Source of the DNA: Eledone cirrhosa
Taxonomy: Eukaryota
DNA length: 64,000 nucleotides
Assembly: GCA_964016885.1 (NCBI GenBank)
Contig: OZ024750.1
Span: forward strand, 21,080,001-21,144,000
Direction: 5' to 3'
The notes below the pieces were generated by a model. That model ran no database searches. It worked only from the letters and a program-made list of their open reading frames with translations, and was not told where the DNA came from. This document shows, in pieces, positions 14,650-28,401 of this stretch. Positions within the stretch are counted from its first letter, which is position 1, and each line of letters starts with the position of its first letter. The position numbers and the translations under genes are program-made.

Positions 14650-15268
14650 AAACTGTGGCTCACATCATATCCATGTGTAAACACCTAGCCCAGACTCATT
14701 ATAAAGGATCGAGGCATGATATTGTAGGAAAAGTGATCAACTGGCATTTATACAAACTGAATAATTTACTCCACTCTGCGATGTAGTATGAGCATACGCC
14801 AGAGTCGGTGATAGAAAACGATAGGTTGAAGGTGCTGTGGGATTTCAGGATGCAAACAGATAAAGAATTAGAACACAATAAACCTGGCCTGGTGGTTTTG
14901 ACATGAAACACGATCGTGCCTGATTGTAGATGTATCCTGTCCTATTGATACAAGAGTGTAAGAAAAGGAGGAGAAAACCGGTACCATGATCTTAAGTCGG
15001 AACTGAAGTGTATTTGGGACTGCCATGATATCAAGTTCAACCCTATCACCTGAAGAGAACTAGGTAATATATCGAAGTGCTTCCAATTCCGGTTAAAGAA
15101 CATTAGAGCAACTCCCTTTTTGGAACACTTCTCATGGCATATCTACAGAAAACAGCGAGGACCTTCCGATATTTCCTGAATATCTGAGGCTGCAGGTAGC
15201 TGCTTGTTGTTCAATTGTGCCACTTTTCCGAATAAATGGCATCAAAGACTGAGATATATTAATAATAA
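14650..15268 (+). pseudogene. 3' remnant of an R4/Dong-type non-LTR retrotransposon (CCHC end plus restriction-like endonuclease)
   Basis: Manual translation gives TVAHIISMCKHLAQTHYKGSRHDIVGKVINWHL..YEHTPESVIENDRLKVLWDFRMQTDKELEHNKPG..CLIVDVSCPIDTRV*EKEEK..YHDLKSELKCIW, with stops and frameshifts. It ends in a short TAA repeat. Confidence 0.85.
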
Positions 15269-15437
15269 TTGTTTCTCCGATTGGCACAAAGCCAGCTATT
15301 ATTCCAGTGTCTTACTGGTACTTTATTTTATCGACTCGTAACGATGAAAGGCAAAGTTAACCTCAGCGGGATTTGAACCCAGACCATAAAGGGGCGTAAA
15401 TCTCTACTGGAAAGCATGGCGTCTGACCCACTACCGC
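15265..15437 (-). mobile_element. SINE main family
   Basis: Reverse complement match to the consensus. Confidence 0.85.
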
Positions 15438-17497
15438 GGCAAGGGATAATTGTGGTTAATATATCGACCCCATGACGTGGCCGCTACAATAATTTATCGT
15501 CGCGAAGGGATAGCACAAACCTTGACGACGGCGTGTATTGAACTCTAAAAATCAATAGAAATACAATAAAAACTTTTTTTTCGAGGATATATCGTTTCTT
15601 CCCACACGCCGCCTATACAACAACTGTGGTAATGGTAATAATACTAATGTTTTAGCGGGTTTACAACGGTATATGCATATGATGGTCTTCCATTAGTTCT
15701 GGTGAGTATTGTCTTAGTTTCCAGAAAAATGAAACAGCATGCTCATGGAATAAACTTGTAATTTACAGTTCGCAAACACGTGCACTATAATCGTTGTTGG
15801 CAATGTGTTTCAGTGTGATGCAGGGCCGTTGTATCACAGGTGTATCTCATTTTGGCAACTGAGTAAAGGCCAGTGAAATACGATGCTGTAAATCTAACTT
15901 ATACTTCCATATTTGAGTCGTAGCTTGTCATGAAAGTTAAAATAAATTCGAGCAGGATTTGGACAGGGAACGAAGAAAGATGAAATTAAATATAGGTAGA
16001 GATGTTGTGTAAAGAACCAAATATTTTTTACTCCATGCCATTCTCATAAGAAGCCGTACTGATTCAGAAAACATTTTCCTCTTCTTAACTGGAAATGATG
16101 TAGCTGTTTACGTCACCTCTGTTTCTTCTTATCATCAATTTTGTCATTGCTGATATTTAATTCATCCCATACCATTTTCAGTAAGAATATTTACGCACGC
16201 AATAAATAGCAGCAGAAAATCTAATTAGAATCGTGTGTCACGTAATATTTACTGGCTGACATTGTCAAATTTAATTAAAGTAAGTGATTGCGGGGAAATA
16301 ATTTGTATCTATAAATACATTTTTCAACGCCCAATGTATCTGCAACTGTTCTAATATTCTAGTCACATATATTGCTCTTGCTTTCTTCTGTCACTGTTTA
16401 AATGAGCTATCTATCTAAGAAGGTAGGTAAGGAAAAATATGGATGCAAGTGACATAAAGATACTTTAACTAGTAATTGAAGTTGATTCGTGATTTCTAAT
16501 GTCTGTACCTTACATCTTGTATATGCTGCTTGTCACGTATAGCTTATACATTGATATATGTTAAACTTGTTATTGTGTCATGCTGACATGTTTATGTTTA
16601 TCTCGTGCTGTTTTGTAATAGGATCCATGAAACCACGGTTATTTATCAGAATAACCATTTGCATCTTAGTGCCATTAGTGGCCTGGAATTACGGCATATT
16701 CCTTTACATTCCTTGTCTCCTAACCTCACCATAACTCTCCGTATTTGTCATCTATAATCTAAACATCTCGCATTTGAAATTACAAGTTTAACAACATTCA
16801 TGTTGTCGTGTGGTATGAGTAATATGTTGTACAGCTATGAATGTTGGGTTTAGGTTTCAATTTTTAATGTCTAAGAAACAATCAGCGTTCTATTACTATG
16901 TTATATTTAAAGGAATAAAAGGAAAAATAAGATTCCCTCTACTCTCAATTTAATGCAATAAGTTTCGAACTTTTACTTGTCTAGTAATTGACTTGAGATG
17001 AGTCAGCTCATGGAAACCAAAGCAAGTAATTCATTGAAGAGTTCTATATGTTATTTCAAAGCACAGAAACTGAAAATGCACTTGTAATTTAGCATTCATT
17101 TCTTGCTGTCAAACCTTTTGTTGTATATGGTTACTGGCACAATTTCACTGCACTCTATGTTAAGGAAATATCGTTAGTGTCATTAAGCAGGTTGTGAATA
17201 GTGTGACGAATATTTCATAAGAAAGAAGTAAAGAGATTACATCAAATTTTGAGATTTTTTAATGGCAACTGAAATAACATGTTCACGATTCATAGATTAT
17301 CGTTTTTGCAAATAATTTAATCTAACAATATATCAAATTTATGACTGAAAGATGAAAAGAAATTATCTTAATACATTTCGAAATCAATCGTGTATAATTT
17401 ATATACAGTTATTGCTATTTCAAGACATGATGCTTATTCTTACTGATTGAAAAGCCTTAGATTGCCGTATTCGTAATAATATCTGATGTGTTTTATG

Positions 17498-17886
<389 letters not shown>

Positions 17887-17988
17887 AGGCTTTTTATAAC
17901 ATGTATAAAATTTGATGTTAGCAAAGCCTACTTTCTCCGTTTTGGATATTCAAAACAAGTGTTATTATATTGAATTGTTTAATCCCTT

Positions 17989-18096
17989 AATCCCACCGAG
18001 GTTAACATTGCCTTTCATCCTTACGGGGTCGATAAAATAAAGTACCTGTAAAGCACTAGGTAATTGCTGGCCTTGGGCCAAATGTAGAAACAATTA
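17989..18096 (+). mobile_element. SINE main family, 3' half
   Basis: AATCCCACCGAGGTTAAC...GTAGAAACAATTAT. Confidence 0.85.
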
Positions 18097-19263
18097 TATT
18101 AAATTAGTTTCCATTAAAACTCATGCATGCTGATTTTGAACCACATTGGTCCTAAACCAATATAAATATATACAGAGATTTTTAAGTATAGGATAACACA
18201 TTTTTATTCGCTCTTTCGTCAGTTAAACAGTCAGCTTTCTTTATTTTTGTCGGCCGAGGCGCGGTTAGTTTTCATGTTCTAAGGAATCTGCGAAAATGCT
18301 TTACATGATTAACTTAGATTAATGACGGTATTTAACAAAATGACAATTTATTTGAATGGAACTTGAAATCTGCTTAGTTTGGGATATTTTATGTGATTTT
18401 ATAAATGTAAGTTGAGATTCTTGTCGAGATATTTTCATTCGATTTAACATCAATTAATCGTTCGTGATTCTTTTCTACTAATTCAAATGCAAATGTTCGA
18501 TAATGAGTTATTAGACTTTAGTAAAGCCAGTCCGTACAATCTGTAGTACATTAAAACGCATGGTTTCTTCTGTTTGTCTAAATACTATAGCCTAATGAAT
18601 TAGATCTAATGCGATAGAATTTTTATAATGGAAAAACAATTCAGTCCCAAGTGGATTGTAATGATGTAGTATGACTACCTAATATTTCTATCAATATACT
18701 AAGTGGTGACGAATTAGCTGAGTCGTTAGGGCATCGGATTAAATAACATGTTTTCTGTGCCAGCTCACTGCTTTCTGCTTTAATATCCCAATGGTGCCAA
18801 CTTTGCCGTTCATAATTTCAATTTCAATAAAAATGTACCAGTCAGGTATTAGGGTCGGTTCTTTCTCTATCACTCATCATTTATCGACTCATCTCAGACA
18901 TTGGAAGCAACATGCTCCACCGGCGGCAACCTGTTCAAACCAGGTATCATAATGAATCCCAGATCACAAATATATTAAGAATATACGTGTCTATAAAACT
19001 CTCAGGTGGTTTCGTTGAGATTATCAAATGGAACAGCTTTATGAAACGTATTAATTAATTGTTGATAATTCTAATGGCATGTCTGTGTATGTATCCTCAT
19101 ACATGCTTGCGTGCAATGTATCCTTATATGCATATTTAAATGGTGTTTAATTTTGTTGTTTCGTTGTTTCAAACACGCTTCAATTTACAGATTTAACAAG
19201 TGAAATCATAGGTGGTCTGCACCTGCATGTTAATCAATATTCTATTAAGAATCGTCATATATG

Positions 19264-19361
<98 letters not shown>

Positions 19362-20070
19362 ATGTGTGTGTGTGCGTGTGCGTGTGAGCCGCTGTATATT
19401 TACCCGTGGATTCAAGTACATCCGTGTATGTTTTTGTGTGTGTGTACAGAATTGTTATATATTATGCGTCTTTGAATAGAATCTGAAGTACGCATAATTG
19501 ATAAATTGTGTATCAGTTGTTAACATCGTTAGTTAAAGCCTTGTTTACAGTCTTAGTTTGATGAAGGAATTATATTAACATGGTGCATAATCTATTAGTA
19601 GAAGTGTATGAGTTCTGTCCTGACACACCACGTGTTTTGAACATTGCAAATTTCGTCGACCCTGTCCCTAACGAGGCTGAACAGCTTAAGAGAAAAAATT
19701 AACGACAAATACATATTCAGAGATAGAAAGGCATGAAAAGAACTACATAAAGATTCAATCCGAGTGCTGAAGCTGTCCTGTATTCATCCACCTCAAAATT
19801 ATGAAACTTAAAGACGTGCTGATAGCCAATATTAACAATTGCTCAAAATGTAAAACGCACAAATATATGCAATATATAGATATTAGCACAAATATGGACT
19901 GCACATTGACATATTACCTATTCACACTTCCAAAACTGTAGGCTACGCCAAAATAAATCACTGCGCATCCCCATTACACACAACGCTGCGCTCGATCTTG
20001 CAGTGTTATTACAATAAGTATATGACTAGTGGATAAGGATAATTATAGCATTATTATCAGCATGGTCATA

Positions 20071-20290
20071 GCGGTGGATTGGCAGTATCGGTAGAGAGTC
20101 GGACGCCATGCTTTGAAGCACAGAGTTACGGCCCTTTACGGTCTGAGTTCAAATCCCGCCGGGATTTACTTTGCCTTTCATCACTACGGTGTCGATAAAA
20201 TAAAGTACCAGTAAAGTACTGGTCCCGATTTAATCGACCTTCCCTTCCCCCAAATTACTGGCCTTGTGCCTATACTACAAATCATAATTA
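20071..20290 (+). mobile_element. SINE main family, long 3' variant, with 14-bp target-site duplication
   Basis: ATTATCAGCATGGT at 20053-20066 and 20287-20300. An older diverged copy follows to about 20480. Confidence 0.9.
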
Positions 20291-21104
20291 TCAGCATGGT
20301 TCGAGCGTCGGATACTGTGTTTCGCGGCATAGAGTCATAGCCCCATACGTTCTGATTTCAAATCACACCGAGGTTAGCTTTGCTTTCGTCCTTACAGGGA
20401 CGATAAAATAAAGTATCTGTTACGCAGTTGCGTAATTCACCTCCCGAAAAATTGTCGGCCTTGTATCTAAATCAGGAAAGATTGTTGGCAGTAGTGATAA
20501 TAGGTGTGGTATTGGAAGATATAGCAGCAGCAGTCGTCATCGTTGTAGAGGTAGTAGTAGTAGTACCGTTTATTTATACATAGCTCATAATGATTTAGCG
20601 TAAAGTGAATGAATTCTACCATAGGGTAAACATTTTACGTCTCTCAACTCTTTAGACGTTTGCAATCAAGTTGATTGCTGGTAATGATACAGTAGTTCAG
20701 TAAATCTCTTCATTGCATATTTATCATTAAGAAATTATCATTGTCTCGGAGTCTATTTCGTGGAGTGCAAATAGCTTGGGGTGGAGTAACGAATAATGAA
20801 GAAATGAAATAGACTGTTTAACCATTACCAAGACATTACTTTTTCTTTCATTGATGATTTAAGTGTAGTTGATTAATAACTAAATATCATATAAGTTTCA
20901 TTTGTTATATATTATACAAAATTATTATATATTCTACTTAATTTTTTTTTTTTTGTTACCCACAATATTATATATATAGTAGACACATTTGCACGAAGTT
21001 AAAGTTTCGGATGAAATACGTTGGTATCTATTTAGTGTTCAAATCACGCTGGTGTCCGGTTTGATTGTCATTATTGTTTCATTGTTTCTGTTAAGAAATA
21101 TTGA

Positions 21105-21325
21105 GGGCGGTGGATTGGCAGTATCGGTAGAGGGTCGGGCGCCATGCATTGCAGCAAAGAGTTACGGCCCTTTATGTGCTGAGTTCAAATCTCGCCGAGG
21201 TAAACTTTGTCTTTCATCCTTACTGGGTCGATAAAATAAAGCACCACTAACATTTTGGGGTCGATTTAATAGACTTTCCCCTCTCCAAAATTGTTGGCCT
21301 TGTGCCTAAATCAGAAAACATTATT
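21105..21325 (+). mobile_element. SINE main family, long 3' variant
   Basis: Full head GGGCGGTGGATTGGCAGTATCGG through the tail. Confidence 0.9.
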
Positions 21326-21574
21326 TCGTACTAGATAAATAAATTAGTGTTTTGTCGAAATCGGTAAAGCATTGGACAGGGTACTTGGTACCATCTTTTC
21401 TGGCACCATGCATTCTCAGTTTAAATGTTGCTTCCTACCACCGGAAAACTTTTTGATGTTTCTTCTAGTATTTCTCTAGTATCTCTAAAAATACCAGTCG
21501 GAACATAACTTCCTTCATCCGATTTCAGTAAACGCTTCTTTCCTGGTTCTTTGTATACATTTCAGTAAAGACGA

Positions 21575-21870
21575 GTTGCCAAATGGTTAGGGTGTTCATC
21601 TGGCGACTATAAAGCAATATGTTCGATTTCCGGATCGCACAATACGCTTTATCTCACGTTGCGCCAGGCTACTCTGCTGGTAGAACACGAATTGTACGGA
21701 TAGTTTAAAGAGACACTCATGTCAAATACTGGGCCACGCCGTATCGTGATCATGTCTACGTTTAGTGTACACGTTTCTATGGAATAATCAGTTTCTTGCA
21801 ACTTAATGTCACGAACAAACTGTTCGGTATTCGAACAACTGGAAAACTCAACATCCTAAACGATGGAGGT
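21575..21870 (+). mobile_element. Old tRNA-headed CORE-like SINE
   Basis: AAATGGTTAGGGTGTT..GTTCGATTTCC head, then CTTTATCTCACGTTGCGCCAG. Homologous to 62525-62760 and 63510-63810. Confidence 0.5.
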
Positions 21871-22784
21871 ATAATTCTAACAAGCTATAATTTTCAACAT
21901 TACATTTCCAAAATGTACATAGGCTAAACATAAATGTATGTACACTAAATACTTTAATACATGTATATGTATAAATACGTATACAAACTTTTTCGAGAAA
22001 TAAGATACGTTTTCAGCAGTAATTGAAAATATTGATTCCATTTAATAATTTAAAACAATAATAATTGTATAATTTAGAATAAAGTTAACCTAGAAGAAAC
22101 AAAATATAAATGCCATTGTAATAGATGGTTGAAATCAGTTGAATAGTGCCGATCATTCTCTTCGATCAGTACGTTCTCTTTTGCAAATGATGTCACATGC
22201 ACTTTTGTTATGTAAACGGCTTAACATTCTAGTAGATTCTGGGTGCATTTATTTTATATAGACGGCCAGTAAAATGTCTCCGCATTCATTAATGCTGTAA
22301 ATCTTCAGTGAGGTGTTTTCAGGGGTGTCATTATTTTCCACACCATAAAAGAATTGTGAAAGGCAATGACTGTCAGATAATCTTATTTCTATTAGTGTAT
22401 ATAACAGAACAAATGCATAGGTATTCAATATAATATGATCTTGGCTATATGCAAACGAGAGAGCTCTTTTATGTTGGAAATAAATTGGAATCGACTCCCA
22501 TCGGATCCCCTGGGTGGGTGTTCTTGTTGTTCAATCAATGTAATAGCTCCGCTCAGAAATCAACATGCAAATAGGTGATCATACCATAGAGACTTGCACA
22601 TATATAATTCTGACCGGGATGCAGCGTAAAACACTGTGTACCGAGCCTGGTTATTTGAATTACAGGTACAGATCATCTTCCATAATGGCGTGACTAATGA
22701 ATCCAGTAACAGGTGTACACTTAACGTTATCATCGATGGTATTCAGTGTAATACGATGGGCGATATATCCGGCCCATTGAATGA

Positions 22785-24511
22785 CACCGTGTAACACAGA
22801 AAATGGTTTCTTTATTCCTGGTTTGTGATCACGTTTTTGTGTTGCTCAGGTCCAAAATAAATGAAAAAAAGTGCTATTAAACAGTTAAAAGTTTGGATTT
22901 GTAAAACATCTAAGCTATTCACAAGAATTATTTGTATGCTGGATTATACGTTGTATGTAACTTTAATTTGCTTATGTTAAATGATTTTTTATATATCTTT
23001 TAGGTTAAATTAAAATTATAAAATAAAGAGTAATACCTAAAGAAAATTATAAAAGTGCAATAAAGTATAAAATTGTTAAAAAGTGGATTAAAGAGATTTA
23101 TTGATACTGGATTTTCGCACCCTGAATAAAGGGTAAATTGTGTTTTAAGCATTCGCCTCCAGGATGAAGCAGTGGAACTTGGTCAACGGGGAAGTGCAGG
23201 TGACAAGTCAGAAAAGTCGACACGAACCTTTCTTAGGCTTTTACACTCTTAGGGATGGCCTCTGTTTCTGCCATGACGTGCCTGGACTGTTTGACGTTAT
23301 TGGGTGCCGTTTGTGCCCAAGGAGTGGCGGCTATTTATAGACAGCTCCACCACAAGTTCGAAGGCTGTCCTCCTCCACAATGGAAACAAGTCCCCGACAC
23401 TGCCCCTAGCTCATTCAGTCTGCTTGAAGGAATATTGCTACAGTGTGAAAGTCCTCTTGAGAGCTCTGCAATACAACCAGTACAATTGGGAAATCATTGG
23501 AGACTTCAAGATGGTGGCTTTCTGCTTGGACTCCAAAGAGGTTTTATCAAATTCCAATGCTTCCTCTGCCTTTGGGACAGCAGAGCCACCGCTGACCACT
23601 ACAAAAGAAATAACTGGGAGCAGCGAACAGAATTTGTAGTTGGGACCCGGAACGTCATGTGGGAGCCACTGGTTGCTCCCAGGATTGTGCTCATGCCGCC
23701 ACTGCACATTAAGTTGGGGTTGATGAAGCAGTTTGTAAAGGCTCTCAACCAAGAATCAGCCGCTTTTAAGTACCTTCTTGAGTTCTTCCCCAAGTTATAT
23801 GAGGCAAAAATCAAAGGTGGAATTTTTGTTGGACCTCAGATAAAGAAGGTGTTTTAGTCAACCAAGTTTTCCAATAAGCTCAATAGGATTGAGAGAACAG
23901 CATGGAACTGTTTAAAAGCAGTTGTTGAGGGCTTCCTGGGCAACTACAGAGCTGAAAACTACCAGCAACTGGTGAAGGATCTGATAACGGTTTTTGGCGC
24001 CATGGAATGCAGGATGTCGCTTAAACTCCATATGCTGGACGCTCACCTGGAAGAATATGGGCGCCTACTCTGAAGAACAAGGCGAACGATTCCACCAAGA
24101 TGTGAAGGAGATAGAGCAGAGGTACCAGGGCCACTACAATGAAAAAATGATGGGGTACTATATCTGGAGGCTAGTGTGGGAATGCGAATTGGACTACAAC
24201 CGCCAATCCAGGAAATCCAGTCATTTCTGACGTATATAAGTTGCTTTATAAGTGTTAATTGTTTTTACTTGTTTGCTTTTGATAAGCTTGTGTAATAAAA
24301 TAAATATATACTCTGTTGATTTAATTATATGAACTGATACATTTTTTTTAAATGTGCTTTTTCTTGAAAAATATGAAAATTTCAAAATATCAAACCTTTG
24401 ACAACAAACCCAAACTTCTGATTAAATAATAGTGTTTTTTCATAATAATAGGATATGACAAACCAGGAAATAATACGTAGAACCGGGGACCATAGAATAT
24501 CTTACACGGTG
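22785..24511 (+). mobile_element. Chapaev3-type (CMC) DNA transposon, defective
   Basis: Termini CACCGTGTAA (22785) and TTACACGGTG (24511). Subterminal inverted TTCCTGGTTTGT / ACAAACCAGGAA. Internal transposase remnant. Confidence 0.75.
23160..24230 (+). pseudogene. Frameshifted Chapaev3-like DDE transposase
   Basis: Motifs spread over frames: EWRLFIDSS..KAVLLHNGN..LAHSV; WEIIGDFKM; LLGLQRGFIKFQCFLCLWDSRA; LMPPLHIKLGLMKQFVKAL; KIKGGIFVGPQI; MSLKLHML..H; GAYSEEQGERFHQD..RYQG..MMGYYIW. Confidence 0.85.
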
Positions 24512-24729
24512 TTTTCGGTATAATCTCTAATTTCACTCATTGTTTTGAGACGAGACCATTGTAAATGACAGTCGAATCAAATCAAAGACCTAATGATTAA
24601 GAAGAGTACTCCTTTACCATTTGGCTATTGTGTGTCCAGTGAATATAATAGCATTAAGGCCATGCAAATGTGCTTTTTTTATGCGGTAAGTTGGAAGTCG
24701 GATATATAAATGACTGCCATTATTTCTAT

Positions 24730-24922
24730 GGCGGTGGATTGGCAGTATCGGTAGAGGGTCGGACGCCATTCTTTGCAGCATAGAGTTACGGCCCTTTCCA
24801 TTCTGAGTTCAAATCCCGCCGAGGTTAACTTTGCCTTTCATCCTTACGGGGTCGATGAAATAAAGTACCAATGATGCACTGGAATAATTGCTGGCCTTGT
24901 TCCAAAAGTAGAAATAATTATT
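24730..24922 (+). mobile_element. SINE main family, full-length short variant, with 12-bp target-site duplication
   Basis: ATTATTTCTATG at 24719-24730 and 24917-24928. Confidence 0.92.
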
Positions 24923-26781
24923 TCTATGCATAACATAATCATACGTGCATTCATTTGCTATGATTTTGAAACTGTGCACGCTGTCTTTATTTGCTTCTTT
25001 TCTTAGAATAAATATTCGACGAATTATTACTTTTGTTTTCGTTGTAGTTATTGATGCTCACTCATCACTGGTAACATAATTCCTAACCAAACAGTATTAA
25101 TGCTCTCATATTAGTCCTGGTGGCATTCATCCCTATCCAGATGTGTAAATAACCAATTTCATGTAGAGTTAGAAACAAAGGGAGAAAGAGACCCAAGTGG
25201 TTAAACTATAATGAGAAAGGCAAATTGGTGTCGGCAATATCTGATCTCAAAGCGAGATAGTAGGAATAAATACTGTACAGCTGTCTTATCCTTAGTCTTA
25301 TGTTATTGTCACTTTTCCTGCACTTGGCTGTGCAATTACGTGAGGGTGATAGTCCATTTCTTTTACCACATTGTCATATTCATGAAAACATGAAAACATG
25401 AGAACATAGTCTACTATGAGTTTCACAGATTAATCAAGCAAAAGGAATGAATGGTCGAATTGGTCTATTGAAACGACTCCGATAGATGATATGTATATGT
25501 ATTATAGTTGTCACTCTTTCTTGGATGAGAACAGCATGCGGTGTATGTTAAAATTGATAGTACATAAATTCAGATTACACACTTTAACCAGAAAGCCCAT
25601 TATATTTACTCATTCAAAGAAACTAAATAAAATCTTCAAATAGTGCTTTAATAATATACCGATTCTAATATCTTACACCTACTGAAGGCAAGATCATTTT
25701 TCAAACAGTAGATTACTTTCTTCCATAAATGCTGTAGTAATTACTTTTCTAGCTAGTTTCTTGAAACTTGCGAACAGATAGAATTTTATTTATTCTTCCT
25801 CCTCCAGAGTATATATTAACATCTAAGCGCCGTCTATATTTCACATACGTCTACTTTGTAGCTGGCGATGTAAATTCTTAAGATATCAGCTGGATATTTT
25901 AGTTCCAAAATCAAAGAAAATTAACGCGTATAAATCTGAAATATAATTCTGCAGACGCCGCAGTTGAATTGCTTTCCAATACCTGTAAGATGATTTAATA
26001 TCGGTATTAAGTAATATTCTATAGTAACGAGCTGCCCGCGTGGTTAGATTATTTTGGTGTGTATCATAGGTCAGAGTGAAGGATTCGTAGTATCGAAAGA
26101 ATGCTGAACAGCATTCATTGTAAGAATTAATGACGTTTTGTTAAGTTCAGACTTTAAAATACCCCAACGTAGACATTGCATTTCCTCCCTGGGGAATCGA
26201 TAAAATATATTGCCAGTGATATAATGGGATTGGTATTAATAGAAAAAAAAAATTCTGACCTTTTTACCTGGAGTAAAAAAAATCATTATATAAGTTGTGA
26301 GTTAAAATCTGGCCAAACATTTACATTACTTTCTTGGAAAAATACTTTATTGCAGAATACGACATCTCACCTTAGAGCTGGTTATCAGAAACAGTTGCAC
26401 ATGGAATTTTTTTTTTTAAATTGTCACTGGATATGCAAGAAGTACCAACTATATTTACCAGCATTAAAGACAAAGTAAATAATACGCTCATAGTTTCGGA
26501 TTGACTGGGCAGTATTTCTATAATATTTTGCTCGGTCAAAACCGTCGTTTCTAAAAACTAAAGAGACAATATGGGATGGAAAAGAAACTCCGTATCATCA
26601 CTGTACGCATATGACACTGGCATGGTTGGACGGCATGTTACAACCTGTCCTATCATATTGGAGCATCGTTCTCTTTCTCCGACATTCCATAGTTTGATGG
26701 TTTCTACAAATGTGAACACTTTCTAACCCCAAATATCTAAGAGAGTTTACCATGTTCCTTTTAAAGTGGCATTATTACAAC

Positions 26782-26962
26782 TTGGCAGTATCAGTAGAGA
26801 GTCGGACGCCATGCTTTCCAGCATAGTTACGTCCCTTTACGGTCTGAGTTCAAATCCCGCCGAGGTTAAGTTTGCCTTTCATCCTTACGGGGTCGATAAA
26901 ATAAACTACCAGTAATGTACTGGGTATTTGCTGGCCTTGTGCCAACAGTAGAAACAATTATT
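26782..26962 (+). mobile_element. SINE main family with 12-bp target-site duplication
   Basis: ATTATTACAACT at 26771-26782 and 26957-26968. Confidence 0.92.
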
Positions 26963-27184
26963 ACAACTAACCTAGAGAGTTCTGGGTGAGCGTTTTCATC
27001 CAGATCGTCTGTTTAATGGGTATGCTTTATAGTGCAACTTTTTTGTCTATTCCTCTATTATCTCCGTTCGGTTTCCAAAACTCTAGCTTCCATTTTCTCA
27101 CCACATTTACTTTCAGTCTCTCGCTCTCACGCTATCTCTCCCTCCCTCTATCTATATATCTAACTTTATGTATATATACACACT

Positions 27185-27218
<34 letters not shown>

Positions 27219-27373
27219 ACTGCTCTGTAAAACAACCGATGTTATTACATTGAGCTATTTATCTTACTGGTAGTAAGATAGTAATTAATGACTATCTTTC
27301 ACTATTTAGGGTCTGTATAAAAAATATATAACCATAAAAGGTTTTATTACATACATAACCATAGTATCCTTAA

Positions 27374-27444
<71 letters not shown>

Positions 27445-27814
27445 TATACATATATATTTTTGATCCACTCAGGATGCTTACATACAAACAACTCAGATTA
27501 TAATTTAAAATGTATTCACTAAAATTTCACGATTATATATTTTCAACAAGATTGTCTATGTTATTTTATTTTTACAATAATGTACTGATTTACATAATTA
27601 CTTTAAGTGAATTATTTTGCTAATCGGTAACTTTTTTCTAATGGTTCTAGCAGTGCCTTTGGGTATAGAGTAATTAACATTTTCTCTAGAAATAAAAACA
27701 TCACGTAGATCATCACCTTTCTCCTTAAATATATGTGCCAAAATTCGAAATGGTAGTTACCTAATATGTACAAGTGTGGTCTTCAACTTAGAACATAAAT
27801 TATGACATCTATAC

Positions 27815-27899
27815 GTATGTATGCATGTATGTATGTATGTATGTATGTATGTATGTATGTATGTATGTATGTATGTATGTATGTATGTATGTATGTATG
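27815..27899. repeat. (TATG)n tetranucleotide repeat
   Basis: Direct inspection. Confidence 0.97.
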
Positions 27900-28351
27900 G
27901 CAGTGAGGATGAGAGAGAGTTGTGTTCATAAAATTTGGTGGAAATTACGAGGACACTAGGAAGAAAAAGGAAGAAATAAATGATTTTGGTTGTTTGGGGT
28001 TACAAAACATTGAATGCTTTATAAAGTGCAGGAAAGAAAATTTAAAATTCAGTGGCAGCAGGTATTGTATAGATTTTCAGTCGATCTTTACTGTTTGTTA
28101 ATATAGTTAAACGCTCCAGGATGTGTTGCGATCAATAGTCAAAAACCTCAATAGATTTCTTATTGTTTTAAACCTATTAATGCTATAGATTTCATTGTTC
28201 CAATTGTTGCTATTTTTACAGCTGCCGTTACTCCTCTTGTTTGTATTCGCATTGATTTTTGCGCTGTTCTTTTATTTCGGCATGAAACAGTTTAGCAGAC
28301 GATAGAGATGAATATGTTGAAAACTACTGATCGTTATTATGATGACAATGA

Positions 28352-28401
<50 letters not shown>

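Noticed and set aside
24730-24822. tRNA gene-like A/B boxes
   Set aside because: There is no cloverleaf or terminator. It is the head of a multi-copy SINE.
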